Source: Paraphysomonas bandaiensis (Eukaryota > Protista > Chrysophyceae). From it: 6,972 bases of DNA. Below are positions 1 to 6,972 of the stretch, in pieces; positions within the stretch are counted from its first letter, which is position 1; every line of letters starts with the position of its first letter. The position numbers and the translations under genes were made by a program. The stretch lies in NCBI GenBank assembly GCA_965644295.1, contig CBFFRP010000640.1, positions 1 through 6,972 on the forward strand, given 5' to 3'. Under the pieces are notes generated by a model, which saw nothing but the letters and a program-made list of their open reading frames with translations, searched no databases and had not been told where the DNA came from.

Positions 1-105
1 TCGAACACACTTACACAAGACACAAGTTATTCGTACACACAACAGATGACAGCTACATGTATGTATTATCTTCACGGCGGTGGTATGTGTATTGCCACGC
101 ACTAC

Positions 106-566
106 TTAAAAACTGTTGGCGTCTTCATATGCCTTCTGCACGTCGTCCTTGTTGAGGACCCACCCGCACTTGCCATTGCGACACACCACTTGCCGCAGAC
201 CACAGGTCGTGGCTATGTTGTATCCCTCTCTTTTCTCCAGTAACTCCCTAATGGTTTCATATGCCAGTCTGCTGCCCTCGGTGGAGGCATCGATCTGCTT
301 CAGCATCTCAGTAGGGTCCTCTGCATCCACCACACTATCCAGTTTCTCTTCCGTAATCTCCTCTATCTTATCTGGCATGTTGACCAGAGAGAGCGCCTTA
401 TCCACATAGCGCTTGTGGACATCCAGGTCAGTGCCCAAAGCCTCAATCACACCTGGTAGAGGGATGCCCCCCACTAATGACAGGGCGAGCTTCAGGAGCA
501 CTAGACCGAGCTTCAGCACAGGACCGGCTTTTATTAGCCACTCCCGATAGACTTTGATAGGGTAGC
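106..566 (-). CDS. Terminal exon: second half of the C-terminal domain
   Basis: Acceptor ctgtaaag|GC TAC CCT (phase 1) joins donor AAA G|gtgatg at 706/705 to give CGPNGKG-YPIKVYREWLIKAGPVLKLGLVLLKLAL...AYETIRELL...GLRQVVCRNGKCGWV...ANSF*. It extends track ORF 106..519. The intron is 567-705 (139 nt). Confidence 0.88.
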
Positions 567-3500
567 CTTTACAGCACAGAGTTCAGACACATGTGTAATA
601 TGTAACATGTCACACAGACAAACACGTATGTAATAACGTATATATGTATATATATATAACCAGCACCAACAAGCATGCACATGTATATATTATAGTCCTC
701 ATCACCTTTTCCATTTGGCCCACAAGGGGCGATGCCGCGGGTGTGGCTGCAGAGGAAGAAGAGGGTGTACTTCTGAGTGAAAACTCGAGTTACCCCTCTG
801 CGCAGATATCCCGTCATCGATTGATCTTTGATTTCAGGAAGGACAATCATGAGGGTGGGGATGGTGTGAGTGCCTCTCAACAACTGTGCGAGGCTATTGT
901 GTAGAGAGTCCATTTGTGCAGAGAGTGCATCCAGGGCACCTACTAACGACGGGTTTCCCTGCATATCTCTCATCGCATCGGTCAATTGGATAATGCTTTG
1001 TTGAGTCGCCTCCGCCCGAGCTGCATCCTCAGCTTGCATTCTCGAGCGCTTATCTTCAAATTGCTCAATTTTCTGCTGAAATTGATTGTTGTTCGCAATC
1101 ACCGACTGAATGGACTCCGCCCACTGCTCATGTAGGGAAGACAGTCGCTCTATCACATCATGTCGCAAGAACTTATTCTCCCTTTGAACGTGATGAAGTG
1201 TCTCTTGGTCTTTGCGATGGGCTCGAGTGAATCCTAGATCCGCAATCTGGTCCACCACCTCAGCAGCCGTGGGTCTCTCGGCAGGGTTGAAACTGCACAT
1301 TGCAAATACCATGTCGACGTAGCCCCTGTTGATGCCTTTCATCTTGGCTGCGAGTAAACCTCTCAGGTATGTTTCATCGGATGAAAGTGCTCTAGTTAAG
1401 AGCGCCTCCTCTTGCCATGGGAGCACATCCTGCCGTCGTGGGTCGGTTTTATTCAGCAGTGCCGCCACCAGCAGCCCGGCAGTAAATATATCAATGGCAG
1501 GGTCGGCTACGAGCAAACCTGGACTGCCGTTATAAACATCGGGACTCACCCATGGCTGAGAGAATATCAGCTTAGGGGGGGTGCTGTCATCGCAGCGACA
1601 CAGCTCTGGCCCATCAAGGTCATTCACACAGCGAAACCTTCTAGAACAATCCAAATCACAGAATTTCAATTGGTTGCCTCCGATCAACACATTAGCAGGT
1701 TTGAGGTCCAGGTGGCATAAACCACATGCATGCAATTCCTTTAAGGCCAAAACCAACTGATTCACCCAGTCGTACTTTGCCCAGGCGTAGTCTTGGTCTA
1801 TTACGACGCGTAAATCAAACTCGAGGCGCTCCATTACAATATACTGGCAAAGTCCCTCTCCACAACCCCCGTACACATGCACACACCCTGTGGCTGTTCC
1901 TGCTTTCAACAGCAGGGCAAAGTTTTGCAACTCCCGCTGCAAGTCTCGTTGTCGTCCATTGGTTTTGATGATGACTTCATGTTTCTCGAATTGACCGTAT
2001 AAGTTTTTATGGACGAAGTTACCAGAGAACATGCCATCCAGAAGGTTACCAATACACACTCCTCTCCTTGCTGATGTCGCAGTCAATGGCTGTATATTCT
2101 CAATAATTTCACCCGACGACACACGATAAAGGGAGGTAGGAGAGGATACCGGAGAGGGCGGAGACAGGGGGGGAGGGCAAAGCTCTTTTAAGCCCGTCAT
2201 GAGTCGGACACGGACAGCCAAGTTCGTTATGCCCATCACTTTAAGCTCGCTACCATTATTCTCCATCAAATATTTAGCACTATCCCCAATGATGGCCATG
2301 CTATCAAAGTGTGCTTCTGTCAATTTGTCGAACACCGACTTGGCGTCAATGCTTGTGCCTACAAGTGATCACAGCAGTATTATATGTTACTTCTTGTATA
2401 CATAATATAACTGCACATATATATACACCTGCCTATAATAGTACATATAATATATGTGTGCAAAAATACTATGAGTAACGACATCAGAATAAGGGAGTTG
2501 ATGCTGTAGTCATACCGGCAAATATTTTCCGCAGCCATATGAACACCTCGTTCGAATGCAGCTTCTGTGGCACATATAGAAGCTTGAGCACATATATAAG
2601 TGGGTGCTACTCACCTTAACAGCTGTGCCAACTATACACATACATATATGGTCGCCGTCAAGGGCACACAAACATATCATACCATAGAACCACATCATCA
2701 TCACACACATACCTCTGCAGCAGCAGCTTCCTCCTCCTCTTGCTGCCTCCGTCTCTGTCTCTCAGCCTATACAATACACACAAACTCAATTAAAACGAAA
2801 ACACACTCGACACCTATATAATACATCAACCATACCAATATATCAAACATATCATACCATATAACTACATCATCATCACACACATACCTCTGCAGCAGCT
2901 TCCTCCTCCTCTTGCTGTCTCCGTCTCTGTCTCTCAGCCTATACAATACACACAACCTCAATTAAAACCAAAACATACTCGACACCCATATCATACACCA
3001 ACCATACCAATATATCAAACATCATACCATAGAACTACTTCACCATCACACACATACCTCTGCAGCAGGTTCCTCCTCCTCTTGCTGTCTCCGTCTCTGT
3101 CTCTCAGCCTATACAATACACACAACCTCAATTAAAACCAAAACATACTCGACACCCATATCATACACCAACCATACCAATATATCAAACATCATACCAT
3201 AGAACCACATCATCACACACATACCTCTGCAGCAGCTTCCTCCTCCTCTTGCTGCCTCCGTCTCTGTCTCTCAGCCTATACAATACACACAACCTCAATT
3301 AAAACCAAAACATACTCGACACCCATATCATACACCAACCATACCAATATATCAAACATCATACCATAGAACTACTTCACCATCACACACATACCTCTGC
3401 AGCAGCTTCCTCCTCCTCTTGCTGCCTCCGTCTCTCAGCCTATACAATACACACAACCTCAATTAAAACCAAACCACACTCGACACCCATATCATACACC

Positions 3501-6128
3501 AACCATACCAATATATCAAACATATCATACCATATAACCACATCACCATCACATACATACCTCTGCAGCAGCTTCCTTCTCCTCTTGCTGTCTCCGTCTC
3601 TGTCTCTCAGCCTATACAATGCACATATGGTCCAATGAGGTCATCTCTCTGGTTCTACGAACCAGATGAAACAAGCATACAGCACGCATACTAACATGTG
3701 CCCTTCTGATGACATTACGCGTCTCATCATCTTCTGCCACATCAACAGGAGTGTATCCATCCTGCAAAATAATAAGCATCATAAAGAAGCGGCACTGTGC
3801 ATCGTCGCATATTCATATCTAGATACCGTCTTCACACAATGAGTCAGTGAAGTACATATAGCCCTCTTAGCACTGTATATGTATGTATATCACTGTATAT
3901 GTATGTATATCACTGTATATGTATGTATATCACTGTGTATGTATGTATATCACTGTATATGTATGTATATCACTGTATATGCATGTATAGGGGGGTTACT
4001 TACATTGTCTCTTATAGTGATATCTGCTCCTTTGCTGATGAGATATTCACATGTATCTCTGTGACCTTCATAGGCAGCCTTGTGAAGAGCTGTAGAACCA
4101 TCCTATAAAACAACAACAATGACATCACATGAGTCTCTTAGCACTGTATATGCATGTATAACACTGTATATGTATGTATATCACTGATATGTAAGTATAT
4201 CACTGTATATGTATGTATGAATGTATGTATATCACTGTATATGTATGTATATCACTGTATATGTATGTATATCACTGTATATGTATAGGGGGGTTACTTA
4301 CATCGTCTCTTATAGTGATATCTGCTCCTTTGCTGATGAGATATTCACATGTATCTCTGTGACCTTCATAGGCAGCATTGTGGAGAGCTGTAGAACCATC
4401 CTATAAAACAACAACAATGACATCACATGAGCCCTCTTAGCACTGTATATGCATGTATATCACTGTATATGCATGTATATCACTGTATATGCATGTATAT
4501 CACTGTATATGTATGTATATCACTGTATATGTATGTATATCACTGTATATGTATATGTATGTATAGGGGGGTTACTTACTTTGGTTCTTATAGTGATATC
4601 TGCTCCTTTGCTGATGAGATATTCACATGTATCTCTGTGACCTTCATAGGCAGCATCGTGAAGAGCTGTAGAACCATACTATAAAACAACAACAATAACA
4701 TCACATGTGCCCTCTCAGTACTGTATATGCATGCATATCACTGTATATGTATGTATGTATAGGGGGGTTACTTACATCGTCTCTTATAGTGATATCTGCT
4801 CCTTCGCTGATGAGATATTCACATGTATCTCTGTGACCTTCATAGGCAGCATTGTGGAGAGCTGTAGAACCATCCTATAAAACAACAACAATGACATCAC
4901 ATGAGCCCTCTTAGCACTGTATATGCATGTATATCACTGTATATGCATGTATATCACTGTATATGTATGTATATCACTGTATATGTGTATGTATGTATAG
5001 GGGGGTTACTTACTTTGGTTCTTATAGTGATATCTGCTCCTTTGCTGATGAGATATTCACATGTATCTCTGTGACCTTCATAGGCAGTGTGGGCTTGCAT
5101 ACATATGTGTATGTGTGCAAAGCAATACTCAAGTACAGAAGTACAAAATAATGATTATTATCGTATAATGAATCATGAATAATACTGTCTACAATATCAA
5201 CGACTAATAATACTGTCTACAATATCAACGGCTATTTCTAATCCCAACAACAATCACATTCCCTACAGTTTGTATTCCTAACTACATGGTACACGTATAC
5301 AATACAGTACTGTACTACTAATCATATAATACAGGACATGTACACGTATATATTCTATATGTAAGTGGATAGTCCTACAGCAGCATTGTGGAGAGCTGTA
5401 GAACCATCCTATAAAACAACAACAATGACATCACATGAGTCTCTTAGCACTGTATATGCATGTATATCACTGTATATGCATGTATATCACTGTATATGCA
5501 TGTATATCACTGTATATGTATGTATATCACTGTATATGCATGTATGTATGTATGTATATCACTGTATATGTATATGTATGTATATGGGGGTTACTTACAT
5601 TGTTTCTTATAGTGATATCTGCTCCTTTGCTGATGAGATATTCACATGTATCTCTGTGACCTTCAGAGGCAGCCTTGTGAAGAGCTGTCCAACCAACCTA
5701 TAAAACAACAATAACATCACATGAGCCCTCTTAGCACTGTATATGTATGTATGTATGTATGTATATCACTGTATATGTATATGTATGTATATGGGGGTTA
5801 CTTACATTGTTTCTTATAGTGATATCTGCTCCTTTGCTGATGAGATATTCACATGTATCTCTGTGACCATTATAGGCAGCATAGTGAAGAGCTGTAGAAC
5901 CATACTATAAAACAACAACAATAACATCACATGAGCCCTCTCAGTACTGTATATGTATGTATATCACTGTATATGTATGTATGTATGTATGTATATCACT
6001 GTATATGCATGTATAGGGGGGTTACTTACATTGTTTCTTATAGTGATATCTGCTCCTTTGCTGATGAGATATTCACATGTATCTCTGTGACCTTCAGAGG
6101 CAGCCTTGTGAAGAGCTGTCCAACCAAC
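106..6128 (-). CDS. Multi-exon ankyrin-repeat / charged-helix / SAM / Ser-Thr kinase / coiled-coil / C-terminal-domain protein (5'-partial, ~1070 aa in window)
   Basis: Exons reconstructed by hand, all with GT..AG introns and compatible phases. Transcript order: 6030-6128, 5806-5904, 5599-5697, [5014-5087+5384-5408 interrupted], 4776-4874, 4580-4678, 4302-4400, 4004-4102 (ankyrin); 3696-3761 (cap); 3561-3611, 3395-3439, 3225-3275, 3058-3108, 2888-2938, 2713-2766 (helix units); [2615-2631 microexon uncertain]; 2516-2564, 706-2358, 106-566 (TAA at 106-108). Skipping the two bracketed exons gives an uninterrupted frame. No start codon lies in the window. Confidence 0.85.
706..2358 (-). CDS. Large exon: SAM C-terminal part, Pro/Ser linker, protein kinase domain (~1241-2113), coiled coil (~875-1228), start of C-terminal domain
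   Basis: Core of track ORF 569..2335. Kinase motifs are VIIK, RE (alphaC), YIVME, HLDLKPANVLI, KFCDLD, WVSPD, DIFTAG and PAERPTA. Acceptor cacttgtag|GC ACA at 2358 is phase 1. Confidence 0.92.
2180..2564 (-). other. SAM (sterile alpha motif)-like domain split by intron 2359-2515
   Basis: Exon 2516-2564 (KLHSNEVFIWLRKIFA G|gtatga) splices to TSIDAKSVFDKLTEAHFDSM...ELKVMGITNLAVRVRLMTGLKEL. This fits the SAM pattern eV..WL ... eLk.mGI....R.rl...l. Confidence 0.7.
2615..2631 (-). other. Candidate 17-nt microexon (TTGGCACAGCTGTTAAG)
   Basis: Flanked by gtgtatag and a consensus donor gtgagt, but its phase conflicts with the upstream phase-0 donor. Confidence 0.5.
2670..3620 (-). repeat. Tandem array of six exon+intron units (~166-175 bp); each exon encodes one E/R/Q/A-rich helix unit
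   Basis: Exons in transcript order: 3561-3611 AERQRRRQQEEKEAAAE; 3395-3439 AERRRQQEEEEAAAE; 3225-3275 AERQRRRQQEEEEAAAE; 3058-3108 AERQRRRQQEEEEPAAE; 2888-2938 AERQRRRQQEEEEAAAE; 2713-2766 AERQRRRQQEEEEAAAAE. All are bounded by ttgtatag|GCT and GAG|gtatgt, and the length variants (45, 51, 54) are multiples of 3. Confidence 0.92.
3696..3761 (-). CDS. Ankyrin C-terminal capping exon (DGYTPVDVAEDDETRNVIRRAH)
   Basis: ttttgcag|GAT ... CAT|gttagt, 66 nt, phase 0/0. The GxTP..vA motif is typical of a terminal partial ankyrin repeat. Confidence 0.85.
3871..3990. repeat. Intronic 20-bp minisatellite CACTGTATATG(T/C)ATGTATAT; variable copy number in every ankyrin intron up to ~6232
   Basis: About six copies here and about 2-6 copies in the other introns, often with extra GTAT units. 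It accounts for most intron length variation and for the spurious MYVYHCIC ORFs. Confidence 0.95.
5088..5379. mobile_element. 292-bp non-coding insertion, probable solo LTR (or small non-autonomous element), in an ankyrin exon
   Basis: Begins TGTGGG and ends CCTACA (TG..CA, short imperfect inverted ends). It is flanked by a GCAG duplication (5084-5087, 5380-5383). Removing it plus one GCAG restores an exact 99-nt exon. AT-rich, with an internal 25-bp direct repeat (5178-5202, 5206-5230). Confidence 0.85.
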
Positions 6129-6232
6129 CTATAAAACAACAATAACATCACATGAGCCCTCTTAGCACTGTATATGTATGTATATCACTGTATATGTATG
6201 TATATCACTGTATATGTATGTATATCACTGTA

Positions 6233-6533
6233 TGTATGCGAAGGAGAATACAGCGCAGTAGATAGGAAGTGTTCTTTTCAGTTTAGTACTTGAAGTGACT
6301 GTATAAGATACGCATAGGGTACATAGGAGTGTATGGTGTAATATTATGCAGTGTTTTGTGTACGGCTGTAGACTAGAGGCATAATTTCCTCTTAATGATA
6401 AGTTCTGTAGTAACTATAAAGAGATCCTTGCTTTGACTACCTGTAGCGTAGACTGTGTAAAAAGGCAACGGGGGTATTCCGTCCGTATACGATTAGCAAC
6501 GTCCGTTAACAACCAGACCGAGTACCGCATACT
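6233..6533 (+). repeat. Putative 5' LTR (~301 bp)
   Basis: Terminal inverted repeat GTATGCG (6234-6240) / CGCATAC (6526-6532), so the ends read TG..CT rather than TG..CA. An alternative right end is TTAACA at 6511. Confidence 0.5.
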
Positions 6534-6562
6534 TTCTCTACGTAAGAGGAAATTAGGAAAAT

Positions 6563-6972
6563 ATGAAGAAAAATGGGACCGAAAAACCCAAGAGGTTTGC
6601 AAGATATCCATCGCAATCAACCAGAGATACATCAGAATCAGTGCCGAAGTTGCGATATGGCGCAAACAGCAACCTGGCGACGTTCAAGCAGAAGATGGTA
6701 GTGGCAGCTATGGAGAAGTACGGAAACCTTGCAAGACTGTTGGAACTCGACGAGTATTATGAGCCTGATCCAATCGAATTGAGTGATTACGATAAAAGAA
6801 CAGATCCGCTTGGCATACAGCTCGATCGAATGAAGAATAAGATCAAGACCAGGGATAGGCTGATATCTGAGATGGAAAACAACAGAACGCCATTCTACGG
6901 ATATATGCTCAGACATTTAAGCAACGAGTCTTTGGATGCAATCAAACTGTTAGACGAATACGAGCAAATACG
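6563..6972 (+). CDS. Gag-like polyprotein N-terminus (3'-partial, 136 aa visible; absent from the ORF track)
   Basis: MKKNGTEKPKRFARYPSQSTRDTSESVPKLRYGANSNLATFKQKMVVAAMEKYGNLARLLELDEYYEPDPIELSDYDKRTDPLGIQLDRMKNKIKTRDRLISEMENNRTPFYGYMLRHLSNESLDAIKLLDEYEQI. Intronless and stop-free to the edge. The vPkL....N...fK..m ... Y..m...LS.ES...IK pattern resembles copia-type Gag (recognised from memory, not searched). Confidence 0.65.
   Translation, partial: MKKNGTEKPKRFARYPSQSTRDTSESVPKLRYGANSNLATFKQKMVVAAMEKYGNLARLLELDEYYEPDPIELSDYDKRTDPLGIQLDRMKNKIKTRDRLISEMENNRTPFYGYMLRHLSNESLDAIKLLDEYEQI

Larger units (their letters stand above)
3860..6232 (-). repeat. Tandem array of eight ankyrin exon+intron units; each 99-nt exon is one 33-aa ankyrin repeat
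   Basis: Consensus xGxTALHxAAxxGHRDTCEYLISKGADITIRxx. Every copy is bounded by gttttatag| and |gtaagtaacc, phase 0/0. Internal introns are 97-199 nt and homologous to each other. Confidence 0.95.
6233..6972 (+). mobile_element. 5' part of an LTR retrotransposon (probably Ty1/copia, CoDi-like), inserted in an ankyrin intron antisense to the host gene
   Basis: The minisatellite stops abruptly at TGTATGCG. A ~300-bp non-coding segment with inverted ends follows, then an open gag-like ORF running off the window. The pol domains, 3' LTR and TSD are not visible. Confidence 0.65.

Noticed and set aside
569-705. Hydrophobic C-terminus of track ORF 569..2335 as a transmembrane tail
   Set aside because: It is read-through into a TA-rich GT-AG intron (567-705); splicing gives the better GKGYPI continuation.
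46-2961. Short ORFs 46..243, 116..409, 644..904, 1329..1535, 1412..1720, 1726..1968, 2199..2405, 2510..2710, 2600..2821, 2767..2961
   Set aside because: They are antisense or off-frame shadows of the kinase gene and its introns, with no recognisable motifs.
5088-5379. Insertion as a cleanly spliced introner
   Set aside because: On the gene strand the nearest GT (5378) and AG near the far end leave extra bases that shift the frame, so precise removal by splicing is not supported.
4004-6128. Diversity-generating retroelement (adenine-specific mutagenesis), since many variable codons could derive from AAY
   Set aside because: TGG, AAG, GAA and AAA variants need non-adenine changes, there is no template repeat or DGR reverse transcriptase in the window, and recombination plus selection suffices.
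3879-6134. Plus-strand ORFs with MYVYHCIC / MYITVYVCISL repeats
   Set aside because: These are translations of the intronic minisatellite and the antisense strand of ankyrin exons.
2670-6232. CRISPR-like repeat/spacer appearance of both arrays
   Set aside because: The constant parts are protein-coding exons with GT-AG boundaries, the intervening parts are homologous introns rather than unique spacers, and there are no cas genes.
3871-6232. CACTGTA in the minisatellite as a V(D)J/Transib RSS heptamer
   Set aside because: It differs from the CACAGTG/CACTGTG consensus in nearly all copies, has no nonamer at 12/23 spacing, and does not abut the exons.
6414-6916. Track ORFs 6414..6665 (-), 6433..6762 (+), 6638..6916 (-)
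   Set aside because: They overlap the longer, more protein-like open frame starting at ATG 6563.

Overview
Eukaryotic, intron-rich genomic DNA; a protist, probably a stramenopile/ochrophyte, is my inference from intron style and protein type. Nearly the whole window (106-6128, minus strand) is one spliced gene that the ORF track largely misses. In transcript order it has eight 99-nt phase-0 exons each encoding exactly one 33-aa ankyrin repeat, a capping exon, six 45-54-nt phase-0 exons each encoding one AERQRRRQQEEEEAAAE charged-helix unit, a SAM domain, an atypical non-RD Ser/Thr kinase, a coiled coil and a ROCO/TORNADO1-tail-like C-terminal domain. The ankyrin exons are nearly identical in DNA, but the differences fall almost entirely on ligand-binding-surface codons (14 non-synonymous vs 1 synonymous variable sites by my manual alignment) and occur in mosaic combinations. 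This suggests an exon-shuffled, natural DARPin-library-like immune receptor kinase. One ankyrin exon is split by a 292-bp TG..CA element with a 4-bp TSD. The array is cut off at ~6233 by an oppositely oriented LTR retrotransposon (LTR plus gag-like ORF) whose PBS region is complementary to its own LTR, so it may be self-priming. The 5' end of the host gene lies outside the window.
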